A DNA stretch of 64,000 bases from Gammaproteobacteria bacterium (lineage in GTDB: Bacteria > Pseudomonadota > Gammaproteobacteria > Natronospirales > DASSBR01), in the NCBI GenBank assembly GCA_035698525.1, contig DASSBR010000053.1, forward strand, positions 22,187 to 86,186, written 5' to 3'. The translations under genes and the position numbers were made by a program. Shown here piece after piece: positions 36,803 through 44,630 of this stretch (its first letter is position 1; each line of letters opens with the position of its first letter). The notes under the pieces were generated by a model, which ran no database searches, was not told the DNA's origin, and saw only the letters and a list, made by a program, of their open reading frames with translations.

Positions 36803-37072
36803 TCAGTGCTGCCGAATCCAACGCATCAGCGCCTCGTAGCCGGCCAGGGTAATAGGTGTGCTGCCGCGTCCATCTGCTGCGGGAAGCATCGGCGGAAACG
36901 GCATGTCCGGTTTTTTGTCACGCCACTGTTTAAAAACGTCGCGGCCAAGCGATTTCGCTTCAACTATCCCCTCTATCGCGGCTGCTAGATCCTCGTTTAA
37001 CTCCAGTCCGTGTTCGTCAGCAAGATCATTCTCCGCCAAACCTTCGCCTCCGGTAGCACCAACGGGTAGCAA
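36803..37072 (-). CDS. small hypothetical acidic protein upstream of the HEPN-like gene
   Basis: 89-codon ORF with a TTG start, on the same strand and 103 nt upstream of 36699. No motif recognised. It could be a gene fragment. Confidence 0.3.
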   Translation of the reverse strand: MLPVGATGGEGLAENDLADEHGLELNEDLAAAIEGIVEAKSLGRDVFKQWRDKKPDMPFPPMLPAADGRGSTPITLAGYEALMRWIRQH

Positions 37073-37222
37073 TTAAATGTATGATACTAACGACCCGTAT
37101 AAGTATACAGGTTACCATTCGCACAAAGGATGCGGGCTTGGGGGAATGACGGCTGAAGTCGCGTTTTGGCGGGTACAGTAGTAAATATCTACTTTGTGTG
37201 TGACTAAGAAGTGTGGATCAGT

Positions 37223-37428
37223 GGGATCAGACTGAGGCACCCCCGTTTTCACGGACAGATAATTAAGATACAGCAACTCGTTCTTCATAATGCAGAGGGT
37301 TGATATAGCCCAACGTCTGATGCGACCTCTGTCGATTGTAAAACATTCAATGTAATCAAAAATTTCCGCCCGTGGCATAGCGTCCAGTGGAAGCTAACCG
37401 ATTAAACGGACACTGAAGTTTGGGGTCA
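37223..37428 (-). mobile_element. IS3-family insertion sequence relic (transposase C-terminal remnant with frameshift plus terminal TG...CA ends)
   Basis: The minus strand encodes PRAEIFDYIECF, and after a 1-nt frame slip FYNRQRSHQTLGYINPLHYEE-stop, which is the conserved end of IS3 OrfB. The stop lies about 40 nt (37263-37265) before a terminal ...GGGGGTGCCTCA. The opposite end reads TGACCCCAAACTTCAGTGTCCG. Confidence 0.6.
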
Positions 37429-37448
37429 GGTCTCGAATCGTAGCATTC
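37422..37448 (+). repeat. 27-bp direct repeat, copy 1
   Basis: GGGGTCAGGTCTCGAATCGTAGCATTC, identical to 37580-37606. It overlaps the proposed IS end (GGGGTCA). Confidence 0.9.
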
Positions 37449-37579
37449 AGCGGGCGTAGCTGGGGCTCGGGGCCGTCGGCGGGCGCCAAGAATTGCTTGC
37501 GCATGGCATCCAGCCGAGTAGCTTGATCCGGGGATCAGTTTTCGCTCTGTAGGGAGCAAAAACCCGGGGTCAAAAATCC

Positions 37580-37606
37580 GGGGTCAGGTCTCGAATCGTA
37601 GCATTC
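37580..37606 (+). repeat. 27-bp direct repeat, copy 2
   Basis: Perfect copy of 37422-37448. An extra GGGGTCA lies at 37566-37572. Confidence 0.9.
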
Positions 37607-37645
37607 GCCAAGCATACTCGGGCATCTCTTTGCCTCAGTGGCCTT

Positions 37646-39646
37646 TTAAAGGGCCGGAACGCCAATATCCGTGAGTAGAGCGTGGGCCGGATCGTAGTAT
37701 TCTGCCTTTCGAGTGGGGTCGTCGACGCTACCTTCTGGGACAACGATTACCATACCTTGCCTGGCGCGGGTGAGGAGTACGCGGTAGGCATTCAGTAGGT
37801 AGTGCTGTCGAATACCTTTCCGTACGCGCTGCCACCGCTTGCCTTTGAAGCTGAAATAGTCCCAGTTCGTCTGGTTCATGCGCAGGTCACCGTCCCATAC
37901 GACGCAAGTCCAATCGAGCTCCAGTCCCTGTACTTGAAACTCGGTGGCGACGTCCTCCAGATAGTAGGAAGACCGGACGTCATTCTTGCCCTCAAGGAAC
38001 CACCGTACCGGATCGACTTTAACTCGCACATCGATGGCGTGCGGCTTCAACCGCTGTGCCTGGGACGACACCACAATGCCGTAACGTTCACTGCCACGGG
38101 CTTGTTCACGCAGCCAAACTTTCGCCTTATTTAAACTGCGAGTCACACGAATCGGAAAGTTTGGCAAAACGTGCGATAGCGTGTCCCGAGCCTGTTCCAA
38201 CTCAAGGTTGAGCAGTTGGTTGACGAAGTCAGATACGTTTTCGGATCGAAAAGATCGGATCGAAGTGGCGAGATGAAGAGCCTCGTCCCAATGGCCCCGC
38301 GAGTTGCTCGCCAGAGCGCGTAGTTCGTCTTCAGCGCGATATTCAATTTCCAATAGGCGGGGGGACAGATAGACAGACCACGAGTCGAAACGCTCTCGTA
38401 TCGCCCGCAGCCATTCGCCGATACCGGCCTCGCCAGTGTTGATTTCCTGGCCGCTACCCACCAGACAGATGACGGCGGCCCAGTCGTCGTGCCGGTCGAG
38501 ACACGAGATCAGAAATCCGGGTTCGGATTGATCGAAGTCGGGAATGCCTTTCTTTTGCCGCATGAAGTTGGTCGTTTGTTCAAGGCTCCACGCTCGCTGA
38601 GCCTCGTCAAACAGTGCGATGTGTTCAATCGGGGCGGCAGTGTTCGCGAGGCAGTCGTCGCGGAAGTGGTGAACGTTTTGGATGAACTGCTTCACTGAGC
38701 TGCGTGCTTCACCAATTCGAAGTTTATTGCCGCGCACTTTGGCCCGGCTAACCTGATCGCGAGCCAGCGCTTCGTGCAATACCTTAACGAGTGGCCCGTT
38801 GCCGGAAAGATAGACGCTGTAGAGATCGTCTTCCTTTCTTGTATGCCGGTTGGCGATGTCGAGCCCGACAAGCGTTTTTCCCGCACCGGGTACGCCGGTG
38901 ACGAAGAAGATTGCCTTTTCACCGTGTTGCTGCGTCTGCGCGATCAGCCTGGCGAGCTGTTCAGAGGTGATAACGAGGTTTTCCGCTCCGGCGTAACTTC
39001 GGGAGATGTCTTCTACATTGTGTCCGGCATAGAGCGCGCGGGCCGCTTCCACAATGGTAGGAGTTGGATGATAACGGCCTTGCTGCCAGGCCTGAGGGTC
39101 GATTTGTGCTCCGGCGAAGTGTTGAGCTCCGAGCTGTAGTGCACGCGGCAGTCCCCGCTCTCCGCAACATAGCGGGACGGTGAGGCTGTCCTGGCGTGGC
39201 GTATCTTCAATCGATGTCGGAATATCTGGCGCATCTGTTGCTACCAGCACCGGTACAATCGGAATGTGGTGACTCGGTTCGTGAAAGTTCTTGAGATCGA
39301 GAGCGTAATCCCAGACTTGGTCAATGGCGTCGCGTGAAAAGGTGTCGCTGCCAACCTTGAATTCCAACACGAAGACAATTTGGTCAAGAAGAAGAACGGT
39401 GTCGATTCGTCTGCCAAGCCGCGGTATATCGTATTCGAGCAAGACGCCACCATCGATCGACTGAAAGTCGGCCAATAGCGTCTTAAGGATGTCTATCTGC
39501 CGCTTCCATGCGGCCTTCTGTGAGGGGTCGTCGGAAAAACTCGACCAGCTCGTCAACGCGCCAATAATGACATTAGTATTGTCATTGAGGAATTCTGCAA
39601 TGGGCGCCCCGTACCCCCATCGTTTCCGCATTTGTGCTTGATCCAT
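37646..39646 (-). CDS. PD-(D/E)XK nuclease - DUF2075/Schlafen-group-3-like SF1 helicase fusion protein
   Basis: 666 aa. N-terminal GRRIDTVLLLDQIVFVLEFKVG (D82...E95-x-K97; 39356-39403). Walker A FFVTGVPGAGKT (38873-38896). Walker B ALFDEAQRAW. C-terminal AYRVLLTRARQGMVIVVP. Confidence 0.8.
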   Translation of the reverse strand: MDQAQMRKRWGYGAPIAEFLNDNTNVIIGALTSWSSFSDDPSQKAAWKRQIDILKTLLADFQSIDGGVLLEYDIPRLGRRIDTVLLLDQIVFVLEFKVGSDTFSRDAIDQVWDYALDLKNFHEPSHHIPIVPVLVATDAPDIPTSIEDTPRQDSLTVPLCCGERGLPRALQLGAQHFAGAQIDPQAWQQGRYHPTPTIVEAARALYAGHNVEDISRSYAGAENLVITSEQLARLIAQTQQHGEKAIFFVTGVPGAGKTLVGLDIANRHTRKEDDLYSVYLSGNGPLVKVLHEALARDQVSRAKVRGNKLRIGEARSSVKQFIQNVHHFRDDCLANTAAPIEHIALFDEAQRAWSLEQTTNFMRQKKGIPDFDQSEPGFLISCLDRHDDWAAVICLVGSGQEINTGEAGIGEWLRAIRERFDSWSVYLSPRLLEIEYRAEDELRALASNSRGHWDEALHLATSIRSFRSENVSDFVNQLLNLELEQARDTLSHVLPNFPIRVTRSLNKAKVWLREQARGSERYGIVVSSQAQRLKPHAIDVRVKVDPVRWFLEGKNDVRSSYYLEDVATEFQVQGLELDWTCVVWDGDLRMNQTNWDYFSFKGKRWQRVRKGIRQHYLLNAYRVLLTRARQGMVIVVPEGSVDDPTRKAEYYDPAHALLTDIGVPAL

Positions 39647-39871
39647 GCCGGATCATCCCCCGCCCGTGACCGCACCAGGTTAGCGGATGCCACGTGCGGT
39701 GTCACGCTCTGGCTGCTGTCCCTGATCGTGCCCTGGCCGAGGGCGAGAATGAAATCGATTCGGTGGTCTGACAGGTTGCAAAATCATGAGCGCTTTTGCT
39801 TACAGGCGCTACTTGTATCTCGACCGAACGCTATAATGACGGCTCCAGCCTTTGCATAGCCGTCAGCGCCT

Positions 39872-40972
39872 ATGGAATTTCACGGACGCCTGCGCCACGT
39901 CGTCGCGATATTGCTTCTGCCGATCGTGTTCGTTGGGTGCGCGACCCAACCCGCCAGGCGTTCGCCGTCGGCGGCGGTGCAGGCCAAGATCGTCCAGCTG
40001 ATGCAGTCCGGCGTCAGCGACGCAAGCGGGTGGGCGACCGACATTGATACGGCACTCGCGGTCCAGGACATCCCGGCAACGACGCAAAACATTTGTGCCA
40101 TATTGGCGGTGACGGAGCAGGAATCGGGATTCAAGGTGAACCCCGTCGTACCGGACCTGCCGGAGATTGCGCGCCATACCCTGGAGAGGCGGGCCGCAGC
40201 CCGCCATATACCGGGATTCGTGGTCGATGCAGCGTTGGCCTTGAAGTCGCCGGACGGCCGGAGCTACGGCGAACGGCTGAAGAGCGTGCATACCGAGAAA
40301 GAGCTGAGTGCGCTGTTCGAAGACTTTATCGGCCGGGTTCCGCTCGGCAAGCGGCTGTTCAGTTCATTCAACCCAATCCACACGGGCGGGCCGATGCAGG
40401 TGAGCATTGCCTTTGCGGAAGCGCACGATCAGGACTACCTGTATCCGGTGGATGGCTCGATCCGCAACGAAGTCTTCAGCCGGCGCGGCGGCATGTATTT
40501 CGGCATCGCGCACCTCTTGGGCTACCCCACGCACTATCACCGTATCATCTACCGCTTCGCCGATTACAACGCGGGCTGGTACGCCAGCCGCAACGCCGCG
40601 CTACAGCACGCGATCAGCGTTGCCTCCGGCATTCCACTGGCGCTCGACGGAGATCTGGTCCGCTACGGTTCCGACGAGCCGGGCGCGACGGAACGGGCGG
40701 TACGATCGTTGCGTGACAAGCTGGACATGACGAACGAGGAGATTCACGACACGCTGGAACAGGGAGAAACCTACGAGTTCCAGGCGAGTCACTTGTACGA
40801 AGGCATCTTTGCGCTGGCGGACCGGATCGCGGGTAAGCGCCTGCCGCGTGCAGTGCTGCCGGGCATCAAGCTCGAAAGCCCGAAGATTACGCGCGACCTC
40901 ACTACGGCTTGGTTCGCCAAGAGGGTCAGCGCACGATTCTGGCATTGCATGCCGTCGAGCTCGGGCGACTGA
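39872..40972 (+). CDS. lipoprotein, DUF1615-like
   Basis: Lipobox LLLPIVFVGC. ICAILAVTEQESGFKVNP and GGPMQVS blocks. The family name is recalled from memory and not verified. Confidence 0.5.
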   Translation: MEFHGRLRHVVAILLLPIVFVGCATQPARRSPSAAVQAKIVQLMQSGVSDASGWATDIDTALAVQDIPATTQNICAILAVTEQESGFKVNPVVPDLPEIARHTLERRAAARHIPGFVVDAALALKSPDGRSYGERLKSVHTEKELSALFEDFIGRVPLGKRLFSSFNPIHTGGPMQVSIAFAEAHDQDYLYPVDGSIRNEVFSRRGGMYFGIAHLLGYPTHYHRIIYRFADYNAGWYASRNAALQHAISVASGIPLALDGDLVRYGSDEPGATERAVRSLRDKLDMTNEEIHDTLEQGETYEFQASHLYEGIFALADRIAGKRLPRAVLPGIKLESPKITRDLTTAWFAKRVSARFWHCMPSSSGD

Positions 40973-41019
40973 GACGCCGTTTCCGGCGCGCGCGCCCGGC
41001 GACCCGACAATTCCTGCAA

Positions 41020-41604
41020 TCAAAATTGGAATTCCAAACCAACCGAAAATGTCGTGATCGATGTCGAATCGCCGGCTATTTTGGCCGTGTGATAATCACC
41101 ATTCAGGCCGACCGCGACATCCGGGGTGATCCAATACCCGGCGCCGATGCCCAAATACGCGCCGGTCCAGTTCCCATCGTAGTCGGTAATTGGATTGAGG
41201 GGCCCGTTTCTGTTGCTACCGGTGGCTGACAATCTCATTAGACCGACACGAGGTTCCAGATAGAGTCGACCAATCTCGAAATTGATGTTCGCGCCTACTT
41301 TGACCGCACTCGCATCAATATACTCTCCATAGTAGGCGTTCGTGATCGAGGGTTCCCCGGAACTGGATGCAGCAAAATCCACATAGCCCAATGCAACACC
41401 TGCCGCAACGCCATCGCTAATTTTCCACCGATAACCGGCCAGGATGCTGGGCGTAAGCGTGTCATGCGTCTCATCGTAAATGTAGGTATGGCCGATCTTC
41501 ACCTCGGCAAAAAAATTGCCGTCATCGCCGGGCGCCGCGACGGCCGTCGGAACGGCAAGTGCGGTACCCACACTCAATACCAGCGCAAGTTGCACTATTT
41601 TCAT
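41020..41604 (-). CDS. outer-membrane beta-barrel protein
   Basis: Signal peptide MKIVQLALVLSVGTALAVPTAVAA. Alternating hydrophobic beta-strand pattern. C-terminal ...FSVGLEFQF. Confidence 0.7.
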   Translation of the reverse strand: MKIVQLALVLSVGTALAVPTAVAAPGDDGNFFAEVKIGHTYIYDETHDTLTPSILAGYRWKISDGVAAGVALGYVDFAASSSGEPSITNAYYGEYIDASAVKVGANINFEIGRLYLEPRVGLMRLSATGSNRNGPLNPITDYDGNWTGAYLGIGAGYWITPDVAVGLNGDYHTAKIAGDSTSITTFSVGLEFQF

Positions 41605-41664
41605 ATTGGCAACCTTGAGGGTGTGAAAAGAACTGTGAATTGGCATGCGCCCCGAACCTTTGGA

Positions 41665-42936
41665 CTACTTTGTCGTGGAAGGGTCGGCGGGCTGCGTCAC
41701 TATGGTGCCCAGATTCTCGGCCGAAGTTTTTTTTGGTGGCAGATGAAAAATGTACGTAAAAGTAGCTCTCGTCGCTTTGGGCCCAGACTCACCCGACGCG
41801 GGTTTGAACACGGAGTTTGACAGCGCTTTGATCGCGGCCTTGTCAAACACGCCCGCCGGGCTGCTCCTTAGAACTTCAATATCCTCTGCCTTGCCATTAC
41901 TGGCTATAGTGAATTCCAAAGTCACTCGACCCTCAACTCCGTTTTTTAGCGCGCTTTTAGGGTAATACGGCGTTATCGCTGTTATGGGTATCGCTCCCTT
42001 TGGCGCGGTGGAGTTGCCGTCAGCCATGACATTCGTCGACAGCGACAGTGTCCCGATTACCAGAACGGGAGCCAGCAAAGCGCCGGCGACCAGGTTACGC
42101 AATGGTTTTTTGTGGTGTGTGTTCAAGGTCATGATTCTCTCCTTGATGGTGCTCCTGGATTGCCAGGGTGAAACAACGGCTACCGCAGGTCGGCGTACCG
42201 CGGACTTTACGAGCGCGTGCCCATAAACTTGTCGCTCATGGCTGTGGCACTGACGCAATACCAGCGCATCGCAGGCTATTTCCTGATCGAAGCGGTAGCA
42301 GCGCTGCGCCACGATGAAGAGCGGGTGAAACCAGAACACGCAGCCGATGAGGCGCGCCAGCAGGTTGCAGAGATTGTCCCGGCGTTGCATGTGTGTTTTT
42401 TCGTGCGACACGATCAGGGTTTGCTCTTCGCTTGAGTATCGGCGCGTGAAGTCCTCGGGCAGCAATAACAGGGGCTTCAGCCAGCCTGCCGCGACCGGGG
42501 TGGAGATGGCCGTACTGAATCCGACTGGAATGTCGCTGGGACCCGTCGGGGAGAGCGCGTCCGAAGTCGCCGGGCGTGACTGGCGTACCAGTCGCCTCAG
42601 GGCGATCAGTTCCAGCAGCAGCCGCGCGAGACAATACGCGGCACCGACGATCCACATTCCACTCAACAGCCATACGGCCGTCGGTGACCCGGCAGACTGC
42701 GCCACCGCTGTGCCGGGTGTCGCGATCAGGGTCAGCGGTAGATCAATAGGCGCGACGCCGATGGTCTTCGGCAGAAGCAAGTTGCCGAGAACATGAAGTG
42801 GTACCAGAAGCCACAGATAGTAGGCATATTCGGCGCCAAGCCAGCGGGCCAGAGGCTTGCGCAAACAGAATATCAGCAGCAGCACGAGTCCCGCCGACAA
42901 GGACATGCCTGCGAGCCAGTTCAACAACGGCGTCAT
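41665..42936 (-). CDS. BlaR1/MecR1-like M56 peptidase fused to a TonB C-terminal domain
   Basis: ATG 42936 overlaps the blaI stop (ATGA). The HEKTH zinc motif sits in a TM context. C-terminal GVEGRVTLEFTIASNGKAEDIEVLRSSPAGVFDKAAIKAL is TonB_C-like. Confidence 0.8.
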   Translation of the reverse strand: MTPLLNWLAGMSLSAGLVLLLIFCLRKPLARWLGAEYAYYLWLLVPLHVLGNLLLPKTIGVAPIDLPLTLIATPGTAVAQSAGSPTAVWLLSGMWIVGAAYCLARLLLELIALRRLVRQSRPATSDALSPTGPSDIPVGFSTAISTPVAAGWLKPLLLLPEDFTRRYSSEEQTLIVSHEKTHMQRRDNLCNLLARLIGCVFWFHPLFIVAQRCYRFDQEIACDALVLRQCHSHERQVYGHALVKSAVRRPAVAVVSPWQSRSTIKERIMTLNTHHKKPLRNLVAGALLAPVLVIGTLSLSTNVMADGNSTAPKGAIPITAITPYYPKSALKNGVEGRVTLEFTIASNGKAEDIEVLRSSPAGVFDKAAIKALSNSVFKPASGESGPKATRATFTYIFHLPPKKTSAENLGTIVTQPADPSTTK

Positions 42937-43322
42937 GGCTTGTCCCCCGAAGTGTCCAGCGAAGCGATTAATTCCCGTAATTGCTCCACGTCCTCGCGGC
43001 TCAGCGATTCGTGCTCTGCGAACGCCGCCACCAAGGGCGCCACTTTGCCTTTGAAAAACGTCTGTACGAAGTTGCGGCTCTTGCGCTGTAAAAACTCTTC
43101 CCGAGCGATGGCAGGGGCATAGTAGTAGCGTCGCCCCTGCTTGCGGTAATGGACCATGCCTTTGGCGGCGAGCCGGCTGATCAGGGTCCGGATGGTTTTG
43201 GCTTGCCAGTCGGTGTGGGCCTGCACGGCCTCGACAATATCGCCCGATGTGCGGGGGCTTCGTTCCCAAAGCGCCTCCATCACCTCGCGTTCGGCATCGG
43301 TAATCGGCAGGTTGTCGGTCAT
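42933..43322 (-). CDS. BlaI/MecI/CopY-family transcriptional repressor
   Basis: ITDAEREVMEALWERSPRTSGDIVEAV...KTIRTLISRLAAKGMV is the winged-helix BlaI pattern. Confidence 0.85.
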   Translation of the reverse strand: MTDNLPITDAEREVMEALWERSPRTSGDIVEAVQAHTDWQAKTIRTLISRLAAKGMVHYRKQGRRYYYAPAIAREEFLQRKSRNFVQTFFKGKVAPLVAAFAEHESLSREDVEQLRELIASLDTSGDKP

Positions 43323-43461
43323 GCGGATCTCGATGGATTACAGTTGTAGGTAAACATAGACTACAATTGTAATCCTGTCAAGCTATCGCCGATCAGGCCT
43401 GTCGCCACGCGTGGGCTCTGCACGTACAATTACCAACGTTTCTAAGAGCAGGGAATCGAAT

Positions 43462-44598
43462 ATGCGCTTGCCCGAGTTCATATCAGGCAACATGGAGGCC
43501 ATTTTGGCAGAGTGGGATGGGTTTGCCGCCACGCTGCTGCCGGCCGCCGCCGACATGACGTCGCGGGCCCTCCGCGATCACGCACAGGCTATTCTGGAGG
43601 CTGTCGCCAGGGACATCTCCACTCCCCAGACCCGGCGCGAGCAGTCGGAGAAATCGAAGGGCCACGCGCATCAGGCCGATGGTGCCCCGGAAACCGCTGC
43701 ACAGACTCACGCCCTCCTGCGAGGGGAGAGCGGCTTCGACATCGTTCAACTCGTGGCCGAATACCGGGCGCTGCGCGCCAGCGTTCTCCGGCTCTGGATG
43801 GACGCCTATCCGCTCGATGAGTCGGGCATCGACGATATGCTCCGGTTCAACGAGGCGATCGACCAGGCCGTCGCGGAGTCGGTGGGCCATTTCCACGCTC
43901 AATCGGAGCGCGCCCGCAACCTTTTTCTCGGCGTGCTCGGCCACGACATGCGCACACCTCTCCACGCGATTGTGGCTACTGGATCGTACCTGGCGGCGCT
44001 CAACGCCGGAGAGCAGGTAACAGCAGCCGCGAAACGCCTGATCAGCAGCGGCGAGGCGATGCGGACTCTGCTGGATGATCTGGTGGACTTCAATCGAACG
44101 CAGCTCGGCCTGGGCATGAATGTCGTGCCGTCTGAAATAGACCTTGCGGCGACGCTGGCGGACGAAGTGGAGCAGTTGCGCGCCGCGCAGCCGGATCGCG
44201 AAATTGAGTTGACCGTCACCGGCGACAACCGCGGCCAGTGGGACGGCGCGCGCTTGCAGCAGCTGGTCCGCAACCTGGTGTCGAACGCGATCAAATATGG
44301 GCGCCCCGCCGTGCCGATCCGTGTGGCGCTTCGCGGCGAAGAGGCCGCCGTTCGCCTCGAGGTCACAAACCAGGGGCCGACCATCGACCCCGCGATCAGG
44401 AAGCAGATATTCGAGCCGCTTAAGCGAGTCTCCACGCACGGCGACACCAATCATGCCCCGGACGGCCTGGGGCTGGGACTGTTCATAGTGCGCCAAATCG
44501 CAGACTCGCATGGCGGTGAGGTCGAGGTGCGCTCCGAGGGGGAAGAGACCACGTTCGCCGTGCGCTTGCCCCGCCGCGCCGAAGTTGCGCCAGCGTGA
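43462..44598 (+). CDS. sensor histidine kinase (cytoplasmic, RsbRD-N-like sensor)
   Basis: H-box LGVLGHDMRTPL, N-box LVSNAIKYG, G-boxes DGLGLGLFIV. There is no adjacent response regulator. Confidence 0.85.
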   Translation: MRLPEFISGNMEAILAEWDGFAATLLPAAADMTSRALRDHAQAILEAVARDISTPQTRREQSEKSKGHAHQADGAPETAAQTHALLRGESGFDIVQLVAEYRALRASVLRLWMDAYPLDESGIDDMLRFNEAIDQAVAESVGHFHAQSERARNLFLGVLGHDMRTPLHAIVATGSYLAALNAGEQVTAAAKRLISSGEAMRTLLDDLVDFNRTQLGLGMNVVPSEIDLAATLADEVEQLRAAQPDREIELTVTGDNRGQWDGARLQQLVRNLVSNAIKYGRPAVPIRVALRGEEAAVRLEVTNQGPTIDPAIRKQIFEPLKRVSTHGDTNHAPDGLGLGLFIVRQIADSHGGEVEVRSEGEETTFAVRLPRRAEVAPA

Positions 44599-44630
44599 GC
44601 GGCACCTGTCACTGAATTGCCAGGCGCTCC

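Noticed and set aside
37356-37559. 67-aa minus-strand ORF between the 27-bp repeats
   Set aside because: It spans repeat and IS-junction DNA, has no RBS and an Arg/Pro-rich product, and is most likely non-coding debris.
37422-37606. The two 27-bp repeats as a mini CRISPR array or a tRNA 3' fragment (att site)
   Set aside because: There are only two copies with a 131-nt spacer and no cas genes. The GGTCTCGAATC segment looks superficially like a T-arm, but the flanking bases cannot form the 5-bp T-stem.
39632-39859. 75-aa ORF at the right edge of the island
   Set aside because: It has no RBS, a hydrophobic/Arg-rich product and no motif. It lies in the promoter region shared by the helicase and lipoprotein genes.
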